Below, one piece after another: positions 1-15,400 of a stretch of 64,000 nt of DNA. Source of the DNA: Bugula neritina (taxonomy: Eukaryota; Animalia; Bryozoa); assembly GCA_964035545.1 (NCBI GenBank), contig OZ037767.1:18196259-18260258 (forward strand), given 5' to 3'. The position numbers and the translations under genes are program-made. The stretch's first letter is position 1, and the number at the start of each line of letters is the position of its first letter. The notes under the pieces were generated by a model. It did no database searches, was not told the origin of the DNA, and was given only the letters and a program-made list of their open reading frames with translations.

Positions 1-3000
1 ACATACTGCAACATACTGAAATACGCTGTAACATATTGAAATACACTGCAACACATTGAAATATACTGTAACTCACTGAAATATAGTGTAATATACGGAA
101 ATGTACTGTAACATACTGGAATATACTATAACACACTGAAATACACTGTAACATACTGCAACATTCTAAAATACACTGTAACATATCGAAATACACTGCC
201 ACACACTGTAATATACTGCAACATACCGAAATCAATGGTAAACTACTGAAATATACTGTAACACAATGAAAAACACTGCAACATACTGAACTATACTGCA
301 AGATACTGCAACATACTGAAATACACTGTAACATACTGAACCACACTGCAACATACTGCATTATACTGACATACGCTGTAACATATTGAAATACACTGCA
401 ACGCTTTGAAATATACTGTAACTCACTGAAATATACTGCAACATACTGAAATACACTGTAACATACTGAAGTATACTGCATCATACTGAAATAAACTGCT
501 ACATACTGAAATATACTTCAAGATACTGCAACAAACTGAAATACACTGTAACATACTGAAACACACTGCAACATACTGCATTATACTGACATACACTGGA
601 ACATATTGAAATATTTTGCAACAAATTGAAGTATACTGCAACACACTGAAACATACGGCAACATACTGAAATATACTGCGACACATTGAAATATACTGCA
701 ACATACTGAAATACACTGTATCATACTGAAATAAACTGCAACACACTGAAGTGTACTGTAATATACAGACATGTACTGCAACAAACTGAAACATACGTCA
801 ACATACTAAAATGTACTGCAACATACTGAGATACACTGTAATATACTGAAATATACTGCAACCTACTGCAACATACTGACATACGCTGTAACATATTGAA
901 ATACAGTGCAACACATTGAAATATACTCTAACTAACTGAAATATAGTGTAATATACGGAAATGTACTGTGACATACTGGAATATACTGTAACACAATGAA
1001 ATATACTTCAACATACTGAAATACGCTGTAACATACTGAAATATACTGCAACCTACTGCAACATACTGAAATACACTGTAACATACTGAAATACACTGCA
1101 ACATACTACAACATACTGAAATACACTGTAACATATTGAAATACACTGCAACACACTGAAATATACTGCAACATACCGAAATATATGGTAAACTACTGAA
1201 AAATACTGTAACACATTGAAAAATACTGCAACATACTGAAATATACTGTAACACACTGAAATATACTGCAACATACTGAAATACACTGTAACATACTGAA
1301 ATATACTGCAACATACTGAAATACGCTGCTACATACTGAAATATACTGCAAAATACTGCAACATACTGAAATACACTGTAACATACTGAAATACACTGCA
1401 ACATACTGCATTATACTGACATCTACTGGGACATATGGAATTACACTGCAACAAATTGAAGTACACTGCGATGCACTGAAACATCTGGCAATATACTGAA
1501 ACGTACTGCGACACATTGATATATACTGCAACATACTGAAATATGCTGTAGCGTACTGAAATTCACTGCAACACACTGAAGTATACTGTAATATACAGAA
1601 ATGTAATGTAACAAACTGAAATATACGTCAACATACTGAAATGTACTGCAACATACTGAAATACACTGTAATATACTGAATTACACTGCAACATACTGCA
1701 ACATACTGAAATACGCTGTAACATATTGAAATACACTGTAACACATGAAATATACTGTAACTCACTGAAATATAGTTTAATATAGGTAAATGTACTGCAA
1801 CATACTGGAATATACGGCAACATACGTAAATATACTGCGACAGATTGAAATATACTGCAACATACTGAAATTTAATGCAAGATACTGCAATATACTGAAA
1901 TACACCGTGACATACTGAGATACATTGCAACATACTGCAACATACTGCAACATACTGAAATACACTGTAACATATTGAAATACACTGCAACACATTGAAA
2001 TCTACTGCATCATACTGCAACATACTGAAATACGCTGTAAAATACTGAGATACACTGCAACAAACTGAATTATACTGACATACACTGGAACATATTGAAA
2101 TATACTGCAACAAATTGAAGTATACTGCAACACACTGAAACATACGGCAACATGCTGAAATATACTGCGACACATTGAAATATACTGCAACATACTGAAA
2201 TACACTGTATCATACTGAAATAAACTGCAACACACTGAAGTGTACTGTAATATACAGACATGTACTGTAACAAACTGAAACATACGTCAACATACTAAAA
2301 TGTACTGCAACATACTGAGATACACTGTAATATACTGAAATATACTGCAACCTACTGCAACATACTGACATACGCTGTAACATATTGAAATACTTTGCAA
2401 CACATTGAAATATACTCTAACTCACTGAAATATAGTGTAATATACGGAAATGTACTGTGACATACTGGAATATACTGTAACACAATGAAATATACTTCAA
2501 CATACTGAAATACGCTGTAACATACTGAAATATACTGCAACCTACTGCAACATACTGAAACACACTGTAACATACTGAAATACACTGCAACATACTGAAT
2601 TATACTGACATACACTGGGACATATTAAAATACACTGCAACAAATTGAAGTATACTGCAACACACTGAAACATACGCCGACACACTGAAAAATACTGCGA
2701 CACATTGAAATATACTGCAACATACTGCAACATACTGAAATACATTGTAACATACTGAAATACACTGCAACATACTACAACATACTGAAATACACTGTAA
2801 CAGATCGAATTACACTGCAACAAATTGAAATATACTGCAACATACCAAAATATACGATAAACTACTGAAATATCCTGTAACACATTGAAATACACTTTAA
2901 CATATTGAAATATACTGCAACCTACTGCAACATACTGACATACGCTGTAACATATTGAAATACACTGCAACACATTGAAATATACTCTAACTCACTGAAA

Positions 3001-5740
3001 TATAGTGTAATATACGGAAATGTACTGTGACATACTGGAATATACTGTAACACAATGAAATATACGTCAACATACTGAAATACGCTGTAACATACTGAAA
3101 TATACTGCAAACCTACTGCAACATACTGGAATACACTGTAAAATACTGAAATACACTGCAACATACTACAACATACTGAGATACACTGTAATATATTGAA
3201 ATACACTGCAACATACTGCAACATACTGCAACATACTGAAATACACTGTAACATATTGAAATACACTGCAACACCTTGAAATATACTGCAATACAGTGAA
3301 ACATACGGCAACATACTGAAATATACTGCGACACATTGCAATATAGTGCAACATACTGAAATATGCTGTAGCATACTGAAATACACTGCAACACACTGAA
3401 GTATACTGTAATAGACAGAAATGTACTGTAACAAACTGAAACATACGTCAACATACTGAAATGTACTGCAACATACTGAGATACACTGTAATATACTGAA
3501 TTACACTGCAACATACTGCAACATACTGAAATACGCTGTAACATATTGAAATACACTGCAACACATTGAAATATACTGTAACTCACTGAAATATAGTGTA
3601 ATATACGGAAATGTACTGTAACATACTGGAATATACTATAACACACTGAAATACACTGTAACATACTGCAACATTCTAAAATACACTGTAACATATCGAA
3701 ATACACTGCCACACACTGTAATATACTGCAACATACCGAAATCAATGGTAAACTACTGAAATATACTGTAACACAATGAAAAACACTGCAACATACTGAA
3801 CTATACTGCAAGATACTGCAACATACTGAAATACACTGTAACATACTGAACCACACTGCAACATACTGCATTATACTGACATACGCTGTAACATATTGAA
3901 ATACACTGCAACGCTTTGAAATATACTGTAACTCACTGAAATATACTGCAACATACTGAAATACACTGTAACATACTGAAGTATACTGCATCATACTGAA
4001 ATAAACTGCTACATACTGAAATATACTTCAAGATACTGCAACAAACTGAAATACACTGTAACATACTGAAACACACTGCAACATACTGCATTATACTGAC
4101 ATACACTGGAACATATTGAAATATTTTGCAACAAATTGAAGTATACTGCAACACACTGAAACATACGGCAACATACTGAAATATACTGCGACACATTGAA
4201 ATATACTGCAACATACTGAAATACACTGTATCATACTGAAATAAACTGCAACACACTGAAGTGTACTGTAATATACAGACATGTACTGCAACAAACTGAA
4301 ACATACGTCAACATACTAAAATGTACTGCAACATACTGAGATACACTGTAATATACTGAAATATACTGCAACCTACTGCAACATACTGACATACGCTGTA
4401 ACATATTGAAATACAGTGCAACACATTGAAATATACTCTAACTAACTGAAATATAGTGTAATATACGGAAATGTACTGTGACATACTGGAATATACTGTA
4501 ACACAATGAAATATACTTCAACATACTGAAATACGCTGTAACATACTGAAATATACTGCAACCTACTGCAACATACTGAAATACACTGTAACATACTGAA
4601 ATACACTGCAACATACTACAACATACTGAAATACACTGTAACATATTGAAATACACTGCAACACACTGAAATATACTGCAACATACCGAAATATATGGTA
4701 AACTACTGAAAAATACTGTAACACATTGAAAAATACTGCAACATACTGAAATATACTGTAACACACTGAAATATACTGCAACATACTGAAATACACTGTA
4801 ACATACTGAAATATACTGCAACATACTGAAATACGCTGCTACATACTGAAATATACTGCAAAATACTGCAACATACTGAAATACACTGTAACATACTGAA
4901 ATACACTGCAACATACTGCATTATACTGACATCTACTGGGACATATGGAATTACACTGCAACAAATTGAAGTACACTGCGATGCACTGAAACATCTGGCA
5001 ATATACTGAAACGTACTGCGACACATTGATATATACTGCAACATACTGAAATATGCTGTAGCGTACTGAAATTCACTGCAACACACTGAAGTATACTGTA
5101 ATATACAGAAATGTAATGTAACAAACTGAAATATACGTCAACATACTGAAATGTACTGCAACATACTGAAATACACTGTAATATACTGAATTACACTGCA
5201 ACATACTGCAACATACTGAAATACGCTGTAACATATTGAAATACACTGTAACACATGAAATATACTGTAACTCACTGAAATATAGTTTAATATAGGTAAA
5301 TGTACTGCAACATACTGGAATATACGGCAACATACGTAAATATACTGCGACAGATTGAAATATACTGCAACATACTGAAATTTAATGCAAGATACTGCAA
5401 TATACTGAAATACACCGTGACATACTGAGATACATTGCAACATACTGCAACATACTGCAACATACTGAAATACACTGTAACATATTGAAATACACTGCAA
5501 CACATTGAAATCTACTGCATCATACTGCAACATACTGAAATACGCTGTAAAATACTGAGATACACTGCAACAAACTGAATTATACTGACATACACTGGAA
5601 CATATTGAAATATACTGCAACAAATTGAAGTATACTGCAACACACTGAAACATACGGCAACATGCTGAAATATACTGCGACACATTGAAATATACTGCAA
5701 CATACTGAAATACACTGTATCATACTGAAATAAACTGCAA
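1..5740 (+). repeat. Higher-order duplication, period 3510 bp (1-2230 matches 3511-5740)
   Basis: Position 1 matches 3511. Identical translated tracks occur at offset 3510 (423/3933, 928/4438, 1628/5138). The variant atattttgca is at 611 and 4121. Confidence 0.95.
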
Positions 5741-6480
5741 CATACTACAACATACTGAAATACACTGTAACAGATCGAATTACACTGCAACAAATTGAAA
5801 TATACTGCAACATACCAAAATATACGATAAACTACTGAAATATCCTGTAACACATTGAAATACACTTTAACATATTGAAATATACTGCAACCTACTGCAA
5901 CATACTGACATACGCTGTAACATATTGAAATACACTGCAACACATTGAAATATACTCTAACTCACTGAAATATAGTGTAATATACGGAAATGTACTGTGA
6001 CATACTGGAATATACTGTAACACAATGAAATATACGTCAACATACTGAAATACGCTGTAACATACTGAAATATACTGCAAACCTACTGCAACATACTGGA
6101 ATACACTGTAAAATACTGAAATACACTGCAACATACTACAACATACTGAGATACACTGTAATATATTGAAATACACTGCAACATACTGCAACATACTGCA
6201 ACATACTGAAATACACTGTAACATATTGAAATACACTGCAACACCTTGAAATATACTGCAATACAGTGAAACATACGGCAACATACTGAAATATACTGCG
6301 ACACATTGCAAGATACTGCAACATACTGAAATATGCTGTAGCATACCGAAATACACTGCAACACACTGAAGTATACTGTAATAGACAGAAATGTACTGTA
6401 ACAAACTGAAACATACGTCAACATACTGAAATGTACTGCAACATACTGAGATACACTGTAATATACTGAATTACACTGCA
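3511..6480 (+). repeat. 2970-bp HOR variant (3510-bp unit lacking 540 bp equivalent to 2231-2770)
   Basis: At 5731-5750, taaactgcaa (equivalent to 2221) joins catactacaa..cagatcgaat (equivalent to 2771). The offset falls from 3510 to 2970 (2922/5892, 3113/6083). Confidence 0.92.
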
Positions 6481-9400
6481 ACATACTGCAACATACTGAA
6501 ATACGCTGTAACATATTGAAATACACTGCAACACATTGAAATATACTGTAACTCACTGAAATATAGTGTAATATACGGAAATGTACTGTAACATACTGGA
6601 ATATACTATAACACACTGAAATACACTGTAACATACTGCAACATTCTAAAATACACTGTAACATATCGAAATACACTGCCACACACTGAAATATACTGCA
6701 ACATACCGAAATCAATGGTAAACTACTGAAATATACTGTAACACAATGAAAAACACTGCAACATACTGAACTATACTGCAAGATACTGCAACATACTGAA
6801 ATACACTGTAACATACTGAACCACACTGCAACATACTGCATTATACTGACATACGCTGTAACATATTGAAATACGCTGCAACGCTTTGAAATATACTGTA
6901 ACTCACTGAAATATACTGCAACATACTGAAATACACTGTAACATACTGAAGTATACTGCATCATACTGAAATAAACTGCTACATACTGAAATATACTTCA
7001 AGATACTGCAACAAACTGAAATACACTGTAACATACTGAAATACACTGCAACATACTGCATTATACTGACATACACTGGAACATATTGAAATATACTGCA
7101 ACAAATTGAAGTATACTGCAACACACTGAAACATACGGCAACATACTGAAATATACTGCGACACCTTGAAATATACTGCAACATACTGAAATACACTGTA
7201 TCATACTGAAATAAACTGCAACACACTGAAGTGTACTGTAATATACAGACATGTACTGTAACAAACTGAAACATACGTCAACATACTAAAATGTACTGCA
7301 ACATACTGAGATACACTGTAATATACTGAAATATACTGCAACCTACTGCAACATACTGACATACGCTGTAACATATTGAAATACACTGCAACACATTGAA
7401 ATATACTCTAACTCACTGAAATATAGTGTAATATACGGAAATGTACTGTGACATACTGGAATATACTGTAACACAATGAAATATACTTCAACATACTGAA
7501 ATACGCTGTAACATACTGAAATATACTGCAACCTACTGCAACATACTGAAATACACTGTAACATACTGAAATACACTGCAACATACTACAACATACTGAA
7601 ATACACTGTAACATATTGAAATACACTGCAACACACTGAAATATACTGCAACATACCGAAATATATGGTAGACTACTGAAAAATACTGTAACACATTGAA
7701 AAATACTGCAACATACTGAAATATACTGTAACACACTGAAATATACTGCAACATACTGAAATACACTGTAACATACTGAAATACACTGTAACATACTGAA
7801 ATACACTGCGACATACTACAACATACTGAAATACACTGTAACATATTGAAATACACTGCAATACACTGAAACATATTGAAATACACTGCAACACACTGAA
7901 ATATACTGCAACATACCGAAATAAATGATAAACTACTGAAATATACTGTAACACATTGAAAAATACTGCAACATATTGAAATATAGTGTAACACACTGAA
8001 ATATACTGCAACATACTGAAATACACTGTAACATACTAAAATATACTGCAACATACTGAAATACACTGCTACATACTGAAATATACTGCAACATACTGCA
8101 AAATTCTGAAATACACTGTAACATACTGAAATACGCTGAAACATACTGCAACATATTGAAATACACTGCAACACATCGAATTATACTGCAACATACCTAA
8201 ATATACAGTAATATACTAAAATATACTGTAACACATTGAAAAGCACTGCAACATACTGAAATACACTGTATCATACTGAAATAAACTGCAACACACTGAA
8301 GTGTACTGTAATATACAGACATGTACTGTAACAAACTGAAACATACGTCAACATACTAAAATGTACTGCAACATACTGAGATACACTGTAATATACTGAA
8401 ATATACTGCAACCTACTGCAACATACTGACATACGCTGTAACATATTGAAATACACTGCAACACATTGAAATATACTCTAACTCACTGAAATATAGTGTA
8501 ATATACGGAAATGTACTGTGACATACTGGAATATACTGTAACACAATGAAATATACTTCAACATACTGAAATACGCTGTAACATACTGAAATATACTGCA
8601 ACCTACTGCAACATACTGAAATACACTGTAACATACTGAAATACACTGCAACATACTACAACATACTGAAATACACTGTAACATATTGAAATACACTGCA
8701 ACACACTGAAATATACTGCGATGCACTGAAACATCTGGCAATATACTGAAACGTACTGCGACACATTGATATATACTGCAACATACTGAAATATGCTGTA
8801 GCGTACTGAAATTCACTGCAACACACTGAAGTATACTGTAATATACAGAAATGTAATGTAACAAACTGAAATATACGTCAACATACTGAAATGTACTGCA
8901 ACATACTGAAATACACTGTAATATACTGAATTACACTGCAACATACTGCAACATACTGAAATACGCTGTAACATATTGAAATACACTGTAACACATGAAA
9001 TATACTGTAACTCACTGAAATATAGTTTAATATAGGTAAATGTACTGCAACATACTGGAATATACGGCAACATACGGAAATATACTGCGACAGATTGAAA
9101 TATACTGCAACATACTGAAATTTAATGCAAGATACTGCAATATACTGAAATACACCGTGACATACTGAGATACATTGCAACATACTGCAACATACTGCAA
9201 CATACTGAAATACACTGTAACATATTGAAATACACTGCAACACATTGAAATCTACTGCATCATACTGCAACATACTGAAATACGCTGTAAAATACTGAGA
9301 TACACTGCAACAAACTGAATTATACTGACATACACTGGAACATATTGAAATATACTGCAACAAATTGAAGTATACTGCAACACACTGAAACATACGGCAA

Positions 9401-12400
9401 CATGCTGAAATATACTGCGACACATTGAAATATACTGCAACATACTGAAATACACTGTATCATACTGAAATAAACTGCAACACACTGAAGTGTACTGTAA
9501 TATACAGACATGTACTGTAACAAACTGAAACATACGTCAACATACTAAAATGTACTGCAACATACTGAGATACACTGTAATATACTGAAATATACTGCAA
9601 CCTACTGCAACATACTGACATACGCTGTAACATATTGAAATACTTTGCAACACATTGAAATATACTCTAACTCACTGAAATATAGTGTAATATACGGAAA
9701 TGTACTGTGACATACTGGAATATACTGTAACACAATGAAATATACTTCAACATACTGAAATACGCTGTAACATACTGAAATATACTGCAACCTACTGCAA
9801 CATACTGAAACACACTGTAACATACTGAAATACACTGCAACATACTGAATTATACTGACATACACTGGGACATATTAAAATACACTGCAACAAATTGAAG
9901 TATACTGCAACACACTGAAACATACGCCGACACACTGAAAAATACTGCGACACATTGAAATATACTGCAACATACTGCAACATACTGAAATACATTGTAA
10001 CATACTGAAATACACTGCAACATACTACAACATACTGAAATACACTGTAACAGATCGAATTACACTGCAACAAATTGAAATATACTGCAACATACCAAAA
10101 TATACGATAAACTACTGAAATATCCTGTAACACATTGAAATACACTTTAACATATTGAAATATACTGCAACCTACTGCAACATACTGACATACGCTGTAA
10201 CATATTGAAATACACTGCAACACATTGAAATATACTCTAACTCACTGAAATATAGTGTAATATACGGAAATGTACTGTGACATACTGGAATATACTGTAA
10301 CACAATGAAATATATGTCAACATACTGAAATACGCTGTAACATACTGAAATATACTGCAAACCTACTGCAACATACTGGAATACACTGTAAAATACTGAA
10401 ATACACTGCAACATACTACAACATACTGAGATACACTGTAATATATTGAAATACACTGCAACATACTGCAACATACTGCAACATACTGAAATACACTGTA
10501 ACATATTGAAATACACTGCAACACCTTGAAATATACTGCAATACAGTGAAACATACGGCAACATACTGAAATATACTGCGACACATTGCAAGATACTGCA
10601 ACATACTGAAATATGCTGTAGCATACCGAAATACACTGCAACACACTGAAGTATACTGTAATAGACAGAAATGTACTGTAACAAACTGAAACATACGTCA
10701 ACATACTGAAATGTACTGCAACATACTGAGATACACTGTAATATACTGAATTACACTGCAACATACTGCAACATACTGAAATACGCTGTAACATATTGAA
10801 ATACACTGCAACACATTGAAATATACTGTAACTCACTGAAATATAGTGTAATATACGGAAATGTACTGTAACATACTGGAATATACTATAACACACTGAA
10901 ATACACTGTAACATACTGCAACATTCTAAAATACACTGTAACATATCGAAATACACTGCCACACACTGAAATATACTGCAACATACCGAAATCAATGGTA
11001 AACTACTGAAATATACTGTAACACAATGAAAAACACTGCAACATACTGAACTATACTGCAAGATACTGCAACATACTGAAATACACTGTAACATACTGAA
11101 CCACACTGCAACATACTGCATTATACTGACATACGCTGTAACATATTGAAATACGCTGCAACGCTTTGAAATATACTGTAACTCACTGAAATATACTGCA
11201 ACATACTGAAATACACTGTAACATACTGAAGTATACTGCATCATACTGAAATAAACTGCTACATACTGAAATATACTTCAAGATACTGCAACAAACTGAA
11301 ATACACTGTAACATACTGAAATACACTGCAACATACTGCATTATACTGACATACACTGGAACATATTGAAATATACTGCAACAAATTGAAGTATACTGCA
11401 ACACACTGAAACATACGGCAACATACTGAAATATACTGCGACACATTGAAATATACTGCAACATACTGAAATACACTGTATCATACTGAAATAAACTGCA
11501 ACACACTGAAGTGTACTGTAATATACAGACATGTACTGTAACAAACTGAAACATACGTCAACATACTAAAATGTACTGCAACATACTGAGATACACTGTA
11601 ATATACTGAAATATACTGCAACCTACTGCAACATACTGACATACGCTGTAACATATTGAAATACACTGCAACACATTGAAATATACTCTAACTCACTGAA
11701 ATATAGTGTAATATACGGAAATGTACTGTGACATACTGGAATATACTGTAACACAATGAAATATACTTCAACATACTGAAATACGCTGTAACATACTGAA
11801 ATATACTGCAACCTACTGCAACATACTGAAATACACTGTAACATACTGAAATACACTGCAACATACTACAACATACTGAAATACACTGTAACATATTGAA
11901 ATACACTGCAACACACTGAAATATACTGCAACATACCGAAATATATGGTAGACTACTGAAAAATACTGTAACACATTGAAAAATACTGCAACATACTGAA
12001 ATATACTGTAACACACTGAAATATACTGCAACATACTGAAATACACTGTAACATACTGAAATACACTGTAACATACTGAAATACACTGCGACATACTACA
12101 ACATACTGAAATACACTGTAACATATTGAAATACACTGCAATACACTGAAACATATTGAAATACACTGCAACACACTGAAATATACTGCAACATACCGAA
12201 ATAAATGATAAACTACTGAAATATACTGTAACACATTGAAAAATACTGCAACATATTGAAATATAGTGTAACACACTGAAATATACTGCAACATACTGAA
12301 ATACACTGTAACATACTAAAATATACTGCAACATACTGAAATACACTGCTACATACTGAAATATACTGCAACATACTGCAAAATTCTGAAATACACTGTA

Positions 12401-15400
12401 ACATACTGAAATACGCTGAAACATACTGCAACATATTGAAATACACTGCAACACATCGAATTATACTGCAACATACCTAAATATACAGTAATATACTGAA
12501 ATATACTGTAACACATTGAAAAGCACTGCAACATACTGAAATACACTGTATCATACTGAAATAAACTGCAACACACTGAAGTGTACTGTAATATACAGAC
12601 ATGTACTGTAACAAACTGAAACATACGTCAACATACTAAAATGTACTGCAACATACTGAGATACACTGTAATATACTGAAATATACTGCAACCTACTGCA
12701 ACATACTGACATACGCTGTAACATATTGAAATACACTGCAACACATTGAAATATACTCTAACTCACTGAAATATAGTGTAATATACGGAAATGTACTGTG
12801 ACATACTGGAATATACTGTAACACAATGAAATATACTTCAACATACTGAAATACGCTGTAACATACTGAAATATACTGCAACCTACTGCAACATACTGAA
12901 ATACACTGTAACATACTGAAATACACTGCAACATACTACAACATACTGAAATACACTGTAACATATTGAAATACACTGCAACACACTGAAATATACTGCG
13001 ATGCACTGAAACATCTGGCAATATACTGAAACGTACTGCGACACATTGATATATACTGCAACATACTGAAATATGCTGTAGCGTACTGAAATTCACTGCA
13101 ACACACTGAAGTATACTGTAATATACAGAAATGTAATGTAACAAACTGAAATATACGTCAACATACTGAAATGTACTGCAACATACTGAAATACACTGTA
13201 ATATACTGAATTACACTGCAACATACTGCAACATACTGAAATACGCTGTAACATATTGAAATACACTGTAACACATGAAATATACTGTAACTCACTGAAA
13301 TATAGTTTAATATAGGTAAATGTACTGCAACATACTGGAATATACGGCAACATACGGAAATATACTGCGACAGATTGAAATATACTGCAACATACTGAAA
13401 TTTAATGCAAGATACTGCAATATACTGAAATACACCGTGACATACTGAGATACATTGCAACATACTGCAACATACTGCAACATACTGAAATACACTGTAA
13501 CATATTGAAATACACTGCAACACATTGAAATCTACTGCATCATACTGCAACATACTGAAATACGCTGTAAAATACTGAGATACACTGCAACAAACTGAAT
13601 TATACTGACATACACTGGAACATATTGAAATATACTGCAACAAATTGAAGTATACTGCAACACACTGAAACATACGGCAACATGCTGAAATATACTGCGA
13701 CACATTGAAATATACTGCAACATACTGAAATACACTGTATCATACTGAAATAAACTGCAACACACTGAAGTGTACTGTAATATACAGACATGTACTGTAA
13801 CAAACTGAAACATACGTCAACATACTAAAATGTACTGCAACATACTGAGATACACTGTAATATACTGAAATATACTGCAACCTACTGCAACATACTGACA
13901 TACGCTGTAACATATTGAAATACTTTGCAACACATTGAAATATACTCTAACTCACTGAAATATAGTGTAATATACGGAAATGTACTGTGACATACTGGAA
14001 TATACTGTAACACAATGAAATATACTTCAACATACTGAAATACGCTGTAACATACTGAAATATACTGCAACCTACTGCAACATACTGAAACACACTGTAA
14101 CATACTGAAATACACTGCAACATACTGAATTATACTGACATACACTGGGACATATTAAAATACACTGCAACAAATTGAAGTATACTGCAACACACTGAAA
14201 CATACGCCGACACACTGAAAAATACTGCGACACATTGAAATATACTGCAACATACTGCAACATACTGAAATACATTGTAACATACTGAAATACACTGCAA
14301 CATACTACAACATACTGAAATACACTGTAACAGATCGAATTACACTGCAACAGATTGAAATATACTGCAACATACCAAAATATACGATAAACTACTGAAA
14401 TATCCTGTAACACATTGAAATACACTTTAACATATTGAAATATACTGCAACCTACTGCAACATACTGACATACGCTGTAACATATTGAAATACACTGCAA
14501 CACATTGAAATATACTCTAACTCACTGAAATATAGTGTAATATACGGAAATGTACTGTGACATACTGGAATATACTGTAACACAACGAAATATATGTCAA
14601 CATACTGAAATACGCTGTAACATACTGAAATATACTGCAAACCTACTGCAACATACTGGAATACACTGTAAAATACTGAAATACACTGCAACATACTACA
14701 ACATACTGAGATACACTGTAATATATTGAAATACACTGCAACATACTGCAACATACTGCAACATACTGAAATACACTGTAACATATTGAAATACACTGCA
14801 ACACCTTGAAATATACTGCAATACAGTGAAACATACGGCAACATACTGAAATATACTGCGACACATTGCAAGATACTGCAACATACTGAAATATGCTGTA
14901 GCATACCGAAATACACTGCAACACACTGAAGTATACTGTAATAGACAGAAATGTACTGTAACAAACTGAAACATACGTCAACATACTGAAATGTACTGCA
15001 ACATACTGAGATACACTGTAATATACTGAATTACACTGCAACATACTGCAACATACTGAAATACGCTGTAACATATTGAAATACACTGCAACACATTGAA
15101 ATATACTGTAACTCACTGAAATATAGTGTAATATACGGAAATGTACTGTAACATACTGGAATATACTATAACACACTGAAATACACTGTAACATACTGCA
15201 ACATTCTAAAATACACTGTAACATATCGAAATACACTGCCACACACTGAAATATACTGCAACATACCGAAATCAATGGTAAACTACTGAAATATACTGTA
15301 ACACAATGAAAAACACTGCAACATACTGAACTATACTGCAAGATACTGCAACATACTGAAATACACTGTAACATACTGAACCACACTGCAACATACTGCA

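Noticed and set aside
12485-12500. Small inverted repeat CAGTA-ATA-TACTG and AGTATACT/TGCA palindromes as hairpins or terminators
   Set aside because: Stems of 5 bp or less arise from single substitutions in the monomer and are too weak to support any structural call.
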